A program made the position numbers and the translations under genes. Positions 24,211-39,000 of a DNA stretch of 64,000 bases are shown here, in pieces. This DNA is from Antedon mediterranea. Its lineage: Eukaryota > Animalia > Echinodermata. The notes under the pieces were generated by a model. That model worked only from the letters and a program-made list of their open reading frames with translations. It was not told the DNA's origin and did no database searches. How positions within the stretch are numbered: position 1 is the first letter of the stretch; each line of letters begins with the position of its first letter. Location: positions 9,020,201 to 9,084,200 of the forward strand of contig NC_092679.1 of the NCBI RefSeq assembly GCF_964355755.1, read 5' to 3'.

Positions 24211-27200
24211 AATGGTCTAAAACGTCTCTAAATGAGATTTGAAGCTTTTCTGTACATTTTGATGTTTTTATGTTAACAAGTTTTTTCGAAAATCACAAAA
24301 TGGTCTAAAATGTCTCCAAATGCGATTTGAAGCTATTCTAAGCACTTTGGTGTTTTTATGGAAACAATTTTTTTCGAAAATCACAAAATGGTCTAAAACG
24401 TCTCCAAATGTGATTTGAAGCTATTCTGTACACTTTGATGTTTTTATGTTAGCAAGTTTTTTCGAAAATTACAAAATGGTCTAAAACGTCTACAAATGCG
24501 ATTTGAAGCTAATCTGTACACTTTGATGTTTTTATGTTAACAAGTTTTTTCGAAAATCACAAAAGGGTCTAAAATGTCTGTAAATGCGATTTGAAGCTAT
24601 TTAAAGCACTTTGGTGTTTTTAGGTTAACAAGTTTTTTCGAAAATCACAAAATGGTCTAAAACGTCTACAAATGCGATTTGAAGCTATTCTAAGCACTTT
24701 TGTGTTTTTATGTTAACAAGTTTTTTCGAAAATCACAAAATGGTCTAAAATGTCTCCAAATGCGATTTGAAGCTATTCTAAGCACTTTGGTGTTTTTATG
24801 GAAACAATTTTTTTCGAAAATCACAAAATGGTCTAAAACGTCTCCAAATGTGATTTGAAGCTATTCTGTACACTTTGATGTTTTTATGTTAGCAAGTTTT
24901 TTCGAAAATCACAAAATGGTCTAAAACGTCTACAAATGCGATTTGAAGCTAATCTGTACACTTTGATGTTTTTATGTTAACAAGTTTTTTCGAAAATCAC
25001 AAAAGGGTCTAAAATGTCTGTAAATGCGATTTGAAGCTATTTAAAGCACTTTGGTGTTTTTAGATTAACAAGTTTTTTCGAAAATCACAAAATGGTCTAA
25101 AACGTCTACAAATGCGATTTGAAGCTATTCTAAGCACTTTTGTGTTTTTATGTTAACAAGTTTTTTCGAAAATCACAAAATGGTCTAAAACGTCTCCAAA
25201 TGCGATTTGAAGCTATTTTAAGCACTTTGGTGTTTTTGTGTTAACAAGTTTTTCGAAAATCACAAAATGGTCTAAAACGTTTCCAAATGCGATTTGAAGC
25301 TATTCTGTACACTTTGATGTTTTGTGTGAAAATTTTCTTTCGAAATGCTCAAAATGGTCAAAAACGTTTTTAAATACGATATTAAGCTACTTTGTGCTCT
25401 TTGATGTTTTTGTGTGAAATGTTTTATCGAAATGCTCAAAATGGTCTAAAACGGTTTCTAATGTGATTTCAAGCACTTTGATGTTTTTGTGTAACCAAGT
25501 TTTTCGAAAATCACAAAATTGTCTAAAACGTCTCCAAATGCGATTTGAAGCTATTCTGTACACTTTGATGTTTTTATGTTAACAAGTTTTTCGAAAATCA
25601 CAAAATGGTCTAAAACGTCTCCAAATGCGATTTGAAGCTATTCTGTACACTTTGATGTTTTTATGTTAACAAGTTTTTCGAAAATCACAAAATGGTCTAA
25701 AACGTCTCTAAATGCGATTTGAAGCTTTTCTGTACACTTTGATGTTTTTATGTTAACAACTTTTTTCGAAAATCACAAAATGGTCTAAAATGTCTCCAAA
25801 TGCGATTTGAAGCTATTCTAAGCACTTTGATGTTTTTATGTTACCAAGTTTTTTCGAAAATCACAAAATGGTCTAAAATGTCTCCAATAGCGATTTTAAG
25901 CTATTCTGTACACTTTGATGTTTTTATGTTAACAAGTTTTTCGAAAATCACAAAATGGTCTAAAACGTCTCCAAATGCGATTTTAAGCTATTCTAAGCAC
26001 TTTGGTGTTTTTATGTTAACAAGTTTTTTTGAAAATCACAAAATGGTCTAAAACGTCTCTAAATGCGATTTGAAGCTTTTCTGTACACTTTGATGTTTTT
26101 ATGTTAACAACTTTTTTCGAAAATCACAAAATGGTCTAAAATGTCTCCAAATGCGATTTGAAGCTATTCTAAGCACTTTGGTGTTTTTATGGAAACAATT
26201 TTTTTCGAAAATCACAAAATGGTCTAAAACGTCTCCAATAGCGATTTGAAGCTTTTCTGTACACTTTGGTGTTTTTATGTTAACAAGTTTTTTCGAAAAT
26301 CACAAAATGGTCTAAAACGTCTCCAAATGCGATTTGAAGCTAATCTGTACACTTTGATGTTTTTATGTTAACAAGTTTTTTCGAAAATCACAAAATGGTC
26401 TAAAACGTTTCCAAATGCGATTTGAAGCTTTTCTTTACACTTTGGTGTTTTTATGTTAACAAGTTTTTTCGAAAATCACAAAATGGTCTAAAACGTCTCC
26501 AAATGCGATTTGAAGCTATTCTGTACACTTTGATGTTTTTATGTTAACAAGTTTTTTCGAAGATCACAAAATGGTCTAAAACGTCTACAAATGCAATTTG
26601 AAGCTATTCTAAGCACTTTTGTGTTTTTATGTTAACAAGTTTTTTCGAAAATCACAAAATGGTCTAAAACGTCTGCAAATGCGATTTTAAACTATTCTTA
26701 GCACATTGGTGTTTTTATTTAAACAAATTTTTTCGAAACTCACAAAATGGTCTAAAACGTCTCCAAATGCGATTTGAAGCTATTTTAAGCACTTTGGTGT
26801 TTTTGTGTTAACAAGTTTTTCGAAATGCTCAAAATGGTCTAAAACGTTTTTAAACACGATATTAAGCTATTTTGTGCTCTTTGGTGTTTTTTTGTGAAAA
26901 GTTTTAGCAAAATGCTCAAAATGGTCTAAAACGATTTCTAATGTGATTTTAAGCACTTTGATGTTTTTATGTTAACTAGTTTTTTCGAAAATCACAAAAT
27001 GGTCTAAAACGTCTCCAAATGCGATTTGAAGCTATTTTAAGCACTTAGGTGCTTTTGTGTAACCAAGTTTTTTTGAAAATCACAAAAGGGTCTAAAATGT
27101 CTCCAAATGTGATTTGAAGCTATTTTAAGCACTTTGGTGTTTTTGTGTTAACAAGTTTTTCGGAAATCACAAAATTGTCTAAAACGTCTCCAAATGCGAT

Positions 27201-30200
27201 TTGAAGCTATTCTGTACACTTTGATGTTTTTATGTTAACAAGTTTTTTAGAAAATCACAAAATGGTCTAAAACATCTCCAAATGCGATTTAAAGCTATTT
27301 TAAGCACTTTGGTGTTTTTATGTTAACAAGTTTTTTCGAAAATCACAAAATGGTCTAAAACGTCTCCAAATGCGATTTGAAGCTATTTTAAGCACTTGGG
27401 TGTTTTTGTGTTAACAAGTTTTTCGAAATGCTCAAAATGGTCTAAAACGTTTCCAAATGCGATTTGAAGCTATTCTGTACACTTTGATGTTTTGTGTGAA
27501 AATTTTCTGTCGAAATGCTCAAAATGGTCAAAAACGTTTTTAAAAACGATATTAAGCTACTTTGTGCTCTTTGATGTTTTTGTGTGAAATGTTTTATCGA
27601 AATGCTCAAAATGGTCTAAAACGGTTTCTAATGTGATTTCAAGCACTTTGATGTTTTTGTGTAACCAAGTTTTTCGAAAATCACAAAATTGTCTAAAACG
27701 TCTCCAAATGCGATTTGAAGCTATTCTGTACTCTTTGATGTTTTTATGTTAACAAGTTTTTCGAAAATCACAAAATGGTCTAAAACGTCTCCAAATGCGA
27801 TTTTAAGCTATTCTAAGCACTTTGGTGTTTTTATGTTAACAAGTTTTTTTGAAATCACAAAATGGTCTAAAACGTCTCTAAATGAGATTTGAAGCTTTTC
27901 TGTACATTTTGATGTTTTTATGTTAACAAGTTTTTTCGAAAATCACAAAATGGTCTAAAATGTCTCCAAATGCGATTTGAAGCTATTCTAAGCACTTTGG
28001 TGTTTTTATGGAAACAATTTTTTTCGAAAATCACAAAATGGTCTAAAACGTCTCCAAATGTGATTTGAAGCTATTCTGTACACTTTGATGTTTTTATGTT
28101 AGCAAGTTTTTTCGAAAATTACAAAATGGTCTAAAACGTCTACAAATGCGATTTGAAGCCAATCTGTACACTTTGATGTTTTTATGTTAACAAGTTTTTT
28201 CGAAAATCACAAAAGGGTCTAAAATGTCTGTAAATGCGATTTGAAGCTATTTAAAGCACTTTGGTGTTTTTAGGTTAACAAGTTTTTTCGAAAATCACAA
28301 AATGGTCTAAAACGTCTACAAATGCGATTTGAAGCTATTCTAAGCACTTTTGTGTTTTTATGTTAACAAGTTTTTTCGAAAATCACAAAATGGTCTAAAA
28401 TGTCTCCAAATGCGATTTGAAGCTATTCTAAGCACTTTGGTGTTTTTATGGAAACAATTTTTTTCGAAAATCACAAAATGGTCTAAAACGTCTCCAAATG
28501 TGATTTGAAGCTATTCTGTACACTTTGATGTTTTTATGTTAGCAAGTTTTTTCGAAAATCACAAAATGGTCTAAAACGTCTACAAATGCGATTTGAAGCT
28601 AATCTGTACACTTTGATGTTTTTATGTTAACAAGTTTTTTCGAAAATCACAAAAGGGTCTAAAATGTCTGTAAATGCGATTTGAAGCTATTTAAAGCACT
28701 TTGGTGTTTTTAGATTAACAAGTTTTTTCGAAAATCACAAAATGGTCTAAAACGTCTACAAATGCGATTTGAAGCTATTCTAAGCACTTTTGTGTTTTTA
28801 TGTTAACAAGTTTTTTCGAAAATCACAAAATGGTCTAAAACGTCTCCAAATGCGATTTGAAGCTATTTTAAGCACTTTGGTGTTTTTGTGTTAACAAGTT
28901 TTTCGAAAATCACAAAATGGTCTAAAACGTTTCCAAATGCGATTTGAAGCTATTCTGTACACTTTGATGTTTTGTGTGAAAATTTTCTTTCGAAATGCTC
29001 AAAATGGTCAAAAACGTTTTTAAATACGATATTAAGCTACTTTGTGCTCTTTGATGTTTTTGTGTGAAATGTTTTATCGAAATGCTCAAAATGGTCTAAA
29101 ACGGTTTCTAATGTGATTTCAAGCACTTTGATGTTTTTGTGTAACCAAGTTTTTCGAAAATCACAAAATTGTCTAAAACGTCTCCAAATGCGATTTGAAG
29201 CTATTCTGTACACTTTGATGTTTTTATGTTAACAAGTTTTTCGAAAATCACAAAATGGTCTAAAACGTCTCCAAATGCGATTTGAAGCTATTCTGTACAC
29301 TTTGATGTTTTTATGTTAACAAGTTTTTCGAAAATCACAAAATGGTCTAAAACGTCTCTAAATGCGATTTGAAGCTTTTCTGTACACTTTGATGTTTTTA
29401 TGTTAACAACTTTTTTCGAAAATCACAAAATGGTCTAAAATGTCTCCAAATGCGATTTGAAGCTATTCTAAGCACTTTGATGTTTTTATGTTACCAAGTT
29501 TTTTCGAAAATCACAAAATGGTCTAAAATGTCTCCAATAGCGATTTTAAGCTATTCTGTACACTTTGATGTTTTTATGTTAACAAGTTTTTCGAAAATCA
29601 CAAAATGGTCTAAAACGTCTCCAAATGCGATTTTAAGCTATTCTAAGCACTTTGGTGTTTTTATGTTAACAAGTTTTTTTGAAAATCACAAAATGGTCTA
29701 AAACGTCTCTAAATGCGATTTGAAGCTTTTCTGTACACTTTGATGTTTTTATGTTAACAACTTTTTTCGAAAATCACAAAATGGTCTAAAATGTCTCCAA
29801 ATGCGATTTGAAGCTATTCTAAGCACTTTGGTGTTTTTATGGAAACAATTTTTTTCGAAAATCACAAAATGGTCTAAAACGTCTCCAATAGCGATTTGAA
29901 GCTTTTCTGTACACTTTGGTGTTTTTATGTTAACAAGTTTTTTCGAAAATCACAAAATGGTCTAAAACGTCTCCAAATGCGATTTGAAGCTAATCTGTAC
30001 ACTTTGATGTTTTTATGTTAACAAGTTTTTTCGAAAATCACAAAATGGTCTAAAACGTTTCCAAATGCGATTTGAAGCTTTTCTTTACACTTTGGTGTTT
30101 TTATGTTAACAAGTTTTTTCGAAAATCACAAAATGGTCTAAAACGTCTCCAAATGCGATTTGAAGCTATTCTGTACACTTTGATGTTTTTATGTTAACAA

Positions 30201-33000
30201 GTTTTTTCGAAGATCACAAAATGGTCTAAAACGTCTACAAATGCAATTTGAAGCTATTCTAAGCACTTTTGTGTTTTTATGTTAACAAGTTTTTTCGAAA
30301 ATCACAAAATGGTCTAAAACGTCTGCAAATGCGATTTTAAACTATTCTTAGCACATTGGTGTTTTTATTTAAACAAATTTTTTCGAAACTCACAAAATGG
30401 TCTAAAACGTCTCCAAATGCGATTTGAAGCTATTTTAAGCACTTTGGTGTTTTTGTGTTAACAAGTTTTTCGAAATGCTCAAAATGGTCTAAAACGTTTT
30501 TAAACACGATATTAAGCTATTTTGTGCTCTTTGGTGTTTTTTTGTGAAAAGTTTTAGCAAAATGCTCAAAATGGTCTAAAACGATTTCTAATGTGATTTT
30601 AAGCACTTTGATGTTTTTATGTTAACTAGTTTTTTCGAAAATCACAAAATGGTCTAAAACGTCTCCAAATGCGATTTGAAGCTATTTTAAGCACTTAGGT
30701 GCTTTTGTGTAACCAAGTTTTTTTGAAAATCACAAAAGGGTCTAAAATGTCTCCAAATGTGATTTGAAGCTATTTTAAGCACTTTGGTGTTTTTGTGTTA
30801 ACAAGTTTTTCGGAAATCACAAAATTGTCTAAAACGTCTCCAAATGCGATTTGAAGCTATTCTGTACACTTTGATGTTTTTATGTTAACAAGTTTTTTAG
30901 AAAATCACAAAATGGTCTAAAACATCTCCAAATGCGATTTAAAGCTATTTTAAGCACTTTGGTGTTTTTATGTTAACAAGTTTTTTCGAAAATCACAAAA
31001 TGGTCTAAAACGTCTCCAAATGCGATTTGAAGCTATTTTAAGCACTTGGGTGTTTTTGTGTTAACAAGTTTTTCGAAATGCTCAAAATGGTCTAAAACGT
31101 TTCCAAATGCGATTTGAAGCTATTCTGTACACTTTGATGTTTTGTGTGAAAATTTTCTGTCGAAATGCTCAAAATGGTCAAAAACGTTTTTAAAAACGAT
31201 ATTAAGCTACTTTGTGCTCTTTGATGTTTTTGTGTGAAATGTTTTATCGAAATGCTCAAAATGGTCTAAAACGGTTTCTAATGTGATTTCAAGCACTTTG
31301 ATGTTTTTGTGTAACCAAGTTTTTCGAAAATCACAAAATTGTCTAAAACGTCTCCAAATGCGATTTGAAGCTATTCTGTACTCTTTGATGTTTTTATGTT
31401 AACAAGTTTTTCGAAAATCACAAAATGGTCTAAAACGTCTCCAAATGCGATTTTAAGCTATTCTAAGCACTTTGGTGTTTTTATGTTAACAAGTTTTTTT
31501 GAAATCACAAAATGGTCTAAAACGTCTCTAAATGAGATTTGAAGCTTTTCTGTACATTTTGATGTTTTTATGTTAACAAGTTTTTTCGAAAATCACAAAA
31601 TGGTCTAAAATGTCTCCAAATGCGATTTGAAGCTATTCTAAGCACTTTGGTGTTTTTATGGAAACAATTTTTTTCGAAAATCACAAAATGGTCTAAAACG
31701 TCTCCAAATGTGATTTGAAGCTATTCTGTACACTTTGATGTTTTTATGTTAGCAAGTTTTTTCGAAAATTACAAAATGGTCTAAAACGTCTACAAATGCG
31801 ATTTGAAGCTAATCTGTACACTTTGATGTTTTTATGTTAACAAGTTTTTTCGAAAATCACAAAAGGGTCTAAAATGTCTGTAAATGCGATTTGAAGCTAT
31901 TTAAAGCACTTTGGTGTTTTTAGGTTAACAAGTTTTTTCGAAAATCACAAAATGGTCTAAAACGTCTACAAATGCGATTTGAAGCTATTCTAAGCACTTT
32001 TGTGTTTTTATGTTAACAAGTTTTTTCGAAAATCACAAAATGGTCTAAAATGTCTCCAAATGCGATTTGAAGCTATTCTAAGCACTTTGGTGTTTTTATG
32101 GAAACAATTTTTTTCGAAAATCACAAAATGGTCTAAAACGTCTCCAAATGTGATTTGAAGCTATTCTGTACACTTTGATGTTTTTATGTTAGCAAGTTTT
32201 TTCGAAAATCACAAAATGGTCTAAAACGTCTACAAATGCGATTTGAAGCTAATCTGTACACTTTGATGTTTTTATGTTAACAAGTTTTTTCGAAAATCAC
32301 AAAAGGGTCTAAAATGTCTGTAAATGCGATTTGAAGCTATTTAAAGCACTTTGGTGTTTTTAGATTAACAAGTTTTTTCGAAAATCACAAAATGGTCTAA
32401 AACGTCTACAAATGCGATTTGAAGCTATTCTAAGCACTTTTGTGTTTTTATGTTAACAAGTTTTTTCGAAAATCACAAAATGGTCTAAAACGTCTCCAAA
32501 TGCGATTTGAAGCTATTTTAAGCACTTTGGTGTTTTTGTGTTAACAAGTTTTTCGAAAATCACAAAATGGTCTAAAACGTTTCCAAATGCGATTTGAAGC
32601 TATTCTGTACACTTTGATGTTTTGTGTGAAAATTTTCTTTCGAAATGCTCAAAATGGTCAAAAACGTTTTTAAATACGATATTAAGCTACTTTGTGCTCT
32701 TTGATGTTTTTGTGTGAAATGTTTTATCGAAATGCTCAAAATGGTCTAAAACGGTTTCTAATGTGATTTCAAGCACTTTGATGTTTTTGTGTAACCAAGT
32801 TTTTCGAAAATCACAAAATTGTCTAAAACGTCTCCAAATTCGATTTGAAGCTATTCTGTACACTTTGATGTTTTTATGTTAACAAGTTTTTCGAAAATCA
32901 CAAAATGGTCTAAAACGTCTCCAAATGCGATTTGAAGCTATTCTGTACACTTTGATGTTTTTATGTTAACAAGTTCTTCGAAAATCACAAAATGGTCTAA
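23000..33000 (+). repeat. Right-domain HOR with 3650-bp (~42-monomer) period, about 2.7 near-identical copies
   Basis: The marker TGCAAAT...AAACTATTC is at 23024, 26674 and 30324. Cassette A is at 25341, 28991 and 32641. The ORF-track markers are at 25800 and 29450. Confidence 0.92.
24290..25170 (+). repeat. Internal 440-bp (5-monomer) duplication fixed within the right-domain HOR
   Basis: GAAACAATT is at 24361/24801 and AGCAAG at 24451/24891. The copies differ by AAAATTAC vs AAAATCAC and TAGGTT vs TAGATT. The pair is present again at about 27940, 31590, 36280, 49720, 56300 and 59960. Confidence 0.9.
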
Positions 33001-36000
33001 AACGTCTCTAAATGTGATTTGAAGCTTTTCTGTACACTTTAATGTTTTTATGTTAACAACTTTTTTCGAAAATCACAAAATGGTCTAAAATGTCTCCAAA
33101 TGCGATTTGAAGCTATTCTAAGCACTTTGATGTTTTTATGTTAACAAGTTTTTTCGAAAATCACAAAATGGTCTAAAACGTCTCCAATAGCGATTTTAAG
33201 CTATTCTGTACACTTTGATGTTTTTATGTTAACAAGTTTTTCGAAAATCACAAAATGGTCTAAAACGTCTCCAAATGCGATTTTAAGCTATTCTAAGCAC
33301 TTTGGTGTTTTTATGTTAACAAGTTTTTTTGAAAATCACAAAATGGTCTAAAACGTCTCTAAATGCGATTTGAAGCTTTTCTGTACACTTTGATGTTTTT
33401 ATGTTAACAACTTTTTTCGAAAATCACAAAATGGTCTAAAATGTCTCCAAATGCGATTTGAAGCTATTCTAAGCACTTTTGTGTTTTTATGTTAACAAGT
33501 TTTTTCGAAAATCACAAAATGGTCTAAAACGTCTCCAAATGCGATTTGAAGCTATTTTAAGCACTTTGGTGTTTTTGTGTTAACAAGTTTTTCGAAAATC
33601 ACAAAATGGTCTAAAACGTTTCCAAATGCGATTTGAAGCTATTCTGTACACTTTGATGTTTTGTGTGAAAATTTTCTTTCGAAATGCTCAAAATGGTCAA
33701 AAACGTTTTTAAATACGATATTAAGCTACTTTGTGCTCTTTGATGTTTTTGTGTGAAATGTTTTATCGAAATGCTCAAAATGGTCTAAAACGGTTTCTAA
33801 TGTGATTTCAAGCACTTTGATGTTTTTGTGTAACCAAGTTTTTCGAAAATCACAAAATTATCTAAAACGTCTCCAAATGCGATTTGAAGCTATTCTGTAC
33901 ACTTTGATGTTTTTATGTTAACAAGTTTTTCGAAAATCACAAAATGGTCTAAAACGTCTCCAAATGCGATTTGAAGCTATTCTGTACACTTTGATGTTTT
34001 TATGTTAACAAGTTTTTCGAAAATCACAAAATGGTCTAAAACGTCTCTAAATGCGATTTGAAACTTTTCTGTACACTTTGATGTTTTTATGTTAACAACT
34101 TTTTTCGAAAATCACAAAATGGTCTAAAATGTCTCCAAATGCGATTTGAAGCTATTCTAAGCACTTTGATGTTTTTATGTTACCAAGTTTTTTCGAAAAT
34201 CACAAAATGGTCTAAAACGTCTCCAATAGCGATTTTAAGCTATTCTGTACACTTTGATGTTTTTATGTTAACAAGTTTTTCGAAAATCACAAAATGGTCT
34301 AAAACGTCTCCAAATGCGATTTTAAGCTATTCTAAGCACTTTGGTGTTTTTATGTTAACAAGTTTTTTTGAAAATCACAAAATGGTCTAAAACGTCTCTA
34401 AATGCGATTTGAAGCTTTTCTGTACACTTTGATGTTTTTATGTTAACAACTTTTTTCGAAAATCACAAAATGGTCTAAAATGTCTCCAAATGCGATTTGA
34501 AGCTATTCTAAGCACTTTGGTGTTTTTATGGAAACAATTTTTTTCGAAAATCACAAAATGGTCTAAAACGTCTCCAATAGCGATTTGAAGCTTTTCTGTA
34601 CACTTTGGTGTTTTTATGTTAACAAGTTTTTTCGAAAATCACAAAATGGTCTAAAACGTCTCCAAATGCGATTTGAAGCTAATCTGTACACTTTGATGTT
34701 TTTATGTTAACAAGTTTTTTCGAAAATCACAAAATGGTCTAAAACGTTTCCAAATGCGATTTGAAGCTTTTCTTTACACTTTGGTGTTTTTATGTTAACA
34801 AGTTTTTTCGAAAATCACAAAATGGTCTAAAACGTCTCCAAATGCGATTTGAAGCTATTCTGTACACTTTGATGTTTTTATGTTAACAAGTTTTTTCGAA
34901 GATCACAAAATGGTCTAAAACGTCTACAAATGCAATTTGAAGCTATTCTAAGCACTTTTGTGTTTTTATGTTAACAAGTTTTTTCGAAAATCACAAAATG
35001 GTCTAAAACGTCTGCAAATGCGATTTTAAACTATTCTTAGCACATGGGTGTTTTTATTTAAACAAATTTTTTCGAAACTCACAAAATGGTCTAAAACGTC
35101 TCCAAATGCGATTTGAAGCTATTTTAAGCACTTTGGTGTTTTTGTGTTAACAAGTTTTTCGAAATGCTCAAAATGGTCTAAAACGTTTTTAAACACGATA
35201 TTAAGCTATTTTGTGCTCTTTGGTGTTTTTTTGTGAAAAGTTTTAGCAAAATGCTCAAAATGGTCTAAAACGATTTCTAATGTGATTTTAAGCACTTTGA
35301 TGTTTTTATGTTAACTAGTTTTTTCGAAAATCACAAAATGGTCTAAAACGTCTCCAAATGCGATTTGAAGCTATTTTAAGCACTTAAGTGCTTTTGTGTA
35401 ACCAAGTTTTTTTGAAAATCACAAAAGGGTCTAAAATGTCTCCAAATGTGATTTGAAGCTATTTTAAGCACTTTGGTGTTTTTGTGTTAACAAGTTTTTC
35501 GGAAATCACCAAATTGTCTAAAACGTCTCCAAATGCGATTTGAAGCTATTCTGTACACTTTGATGTTTTTATGTTAACAAGTTTTTTAGAAAATCACAAA
35601 ATGGTCTAAAACATCTCCAAATGCGATTTAAAGCTATTTTAAGCACTTTGGTGTTTTTATGTTAACAAGTTTTTTCGAAAATCACAAAATGGTCTAAAAC
35701 GTCTCCAAATGCGATTTGAAGCTATTTTAAGCACTTGGGTGTTTTTGTGTTAACAAGTTTTTCGAAATGCTCAAAATGGTCTAAAACGTTTCCAAATGCG
35801 ATTTGAAGCTATTCTGTACACTTTGATGTTTTGTGTGAAAATTTTCTGTCGAAATGCTCAAAATGGTCAAAAACGTTTTTAAAAACGATATTAAGCTACT
35901 TTGTGCTCTTTGATGTTTTTGTGTGAAATGTTTTATCGAAATGCTCAAAATGGTCTAAAACGGTTTCTAATGTGATTTCAAGCACTTTGATGTTTTTGTG

Positions 36001-39000
36001 TAACCAAGTTTTTCGAAAATCACAAAATTGTCTAAAACGTCTCCAAATGCGATTTGAAGCTATTCTGTACTCTTTGATGTTTTTATGTTAACAAGTTTTT
36101 CGAAAATCACAAAATGGTCTAAAACGTCTCCAAATGCGATTTTAAGCTATTCTAAGCACTTTGGTGTTTTTATGTTAACAAGTTTTTTTGAAATCACAAA
36201 ATGGTCTAAAACGTCTCTAAATGAGATTTGAAGCTTTTCTGTACATTTTGATGTTTTTATGTTAACAAGTTTTTTCGAAAATCACAAAATGGTCTAAAAT
36301 GTCTCCAAATGCGATTTGAAGCTATTCTAAGCACTTTGGTGTTTTTATGGAAACAATTTTTTTCGAAAATCACAAAATGGTCTAAAACGTCTCCAAATGT
36401 GATTTGAAGCTATTCTGTACACTTTGATGTTTTTATGTTAGCAAGTTTTTTCGAAAATTACAAAATGGTCTAAAACGTCTACAAATGCGATTTGAAGCTA
36501 ATCTGTACACTTTGATGTTTTTATGTTAACAAGTTTTTTCGAAAATCACAAAAGGGTCTAAAATGTCTGTAAATGCGATTTGAAGCTATTTAAAGCACTT
36601 TGGTGTTTTTAGGTTAACAAGTTTTTTCGAAAATCACAAAATGGTCTAAAACGTCTACAAATGCGATTTGAAGCTATTCTAAGCACTTTTGTGTTTTTAT
36701 GTTAACAAGTTTTTTCGAAAATCACAAAATGGTCTAAAATGTCTCCAAATGCGATTTGAAGCTATTCTAAGCACTTTGGTGTTTTTATGGAAACAATTTT
36801 TTTCGAAAATCACAAAATGGTCTAAAACGTCTCCAAATGTGATTTGAAGCTATTCTGTACACTTTGATGTTTTTATGTTAGCAAGTTTTTTCGAAAATCA
36901 CAAAATGGTCTAAAACGTCTACAAATGCGATTTGAAGCTAATCTGTACACTTTGATGTTTTTATGTTAACAAGTTTTTTCGAAAATCACAAAAGGGTCTA
37001 AAATGTCTGTAAATGCGATTTGAAGCTATTTAAAGCACTTTGGTGTTTTTAGATTAACAAGTTTTTTCGAAAATCACAAAATGGTCTAAAACGTCTACAA
37101 ATGCGATTTGAAGCTATTCTAAGCACTTTTGTGTTTTTATGTTAACAAGTTTTTTCGAAAATCACAAAATGGTCTAAAACGTCTCCAAATGCGATTTGAA
37201 GCTATTTTAAGCACTTTGGTGTTTTTGTGTTAACAAGTTTTTCGAAAATCACAAAATGGTCTAAAACGTTTCCAAATGCGATTTGAAGCTATTCTGTACA
37301 CTTTGATGTTTTGTGTGAAAATTTTCTTTCGAAATGCTCAAAATGGTCAAAAACGTTTTTAAATACGATATTAAGCTACTTTGTGCTCTTTGATGTTTTT
37401 GTGTGAAATGTTTTATCGAAATGCTCAAAATGGTCTAAAACGGTTTCTAATGTGATTTCAAGCACTTTGATGTTTTTGTGTAACCAAGTTTTTCGAAAAT
37501 CACAAAATTGTCTAAAACGTCTCCAAATGCGATTTGAAGCTATTCTGTACACTTTGATGTTTTTATGTTAACAAGTTTTTCGAAAATCACAAAATGGTCT
37601 AAAACGTCTCCAAATGCGATTTGAAGCTATTCTGTACACTTTGATGTTTTTATGTTAACAAGTTCTTCGAAAATCACAAAATGGTCTAAAACGTCTCTAA
37701 ATGTGATTTGAAGCTTTTCTGTACACTTTAATGTTTTTATGTTAACAACTTTTTTCGAAAATCACAAAATGGTCTAAAATGTCTCCAAATGCGATTTGAA
37801 GCTATTCTAAGCACTTTGATGTTTTTATGTTAACAAGTTTTTTCGAAAATCACAAAATGGTCTAAAACGTCTCCAATAGCGATTTTAAGCTATTCTGTAC
37901 ACTTTGATGTTTTTATGTTAACAAGTTTTTCGAAAATCACAAAATGGTCTAAAACGTCTCCAAATGCGATTTTAAGCTATTCTAAGCACTTTGGTGTTTT
38001 TATGTTAACAAGTTTTTTTGAAAATCACAAAATGGTCTAAAACGTCTCTAAATGCGATTTGAAGCTTTTCTGTACACTTTGATGTTTTTATGTTAACAAC
38101 TTTTTTCGAAAATCACAAAATGGTCTAAAATGTCTCCAAATGCGATTTGAAGCTATTCTAAGCACTTTTGTGTTTTTATGTTAACAAGTTTTTTCGAAAA
38201 TCACAAAATGGTCTAAAACGTCTCCAAATGCGATTTGAAGCTATTTTAAGCACTTTGGTGTTTTTGTGTTAACAAGTTTTTCGAAAATCACAAAATGGTC
38301 TAAAACGTTTCCAAATGCGATTTGAAGCTATTCTGTACACTTTGATGTTTTGTGTGAAAATTTTCTTTCGAAATGCTCAAAATGGTCAAAAACGTTTTTA
38401 AATACGATATTAAGCTACTTTGTGCTCTTTGATGTTTTGGTGTGAAATGTTTTATCGAAATGCTCAAAATGGTCTAAAACGGTTTCTAATGTGATTTCAA
38501 GCACTTTGATGTTTTTGTGTAACCAAGTTTTTCGAAAATCACAAAATTATCTAAAACGTCTCCAAATGCGATTTGAAGCTATTCTGTACACTTTGATGTT
38601 TTTATGTTAACAAGTTTTTCGAAAATCACAAAATGGTCTAAAACGTCTCCAAATGCGATTTGAAGCTATTCTGTACACTTTGATGTTTTTATGTTAACAA
38701 GTTTTTCGAAAATCACAAAATGGTCTAAAACGTCTCTAAATGCGATTTGAAACTTTTCTGTACACTTTGATGTTTTTATGTTAACAACTTTTTTCGAAAA
38801 TCACAAAATGGTCTAAAATGTCTCCAAATGCGATTTGAAGCTATTCTAAGCACTTTGATGTTTTTATGTTACCAAGTTTTTTCGAAAATCACAAAATGGT
38901 CTAAAACGTCTCCAATAGCGATTTTAAGCTATTCTGTACACTTTGATGTTTTTATGTTAACAAGTTTTTCGAAAATCACAAAATGGTCTAAAACGTCTCC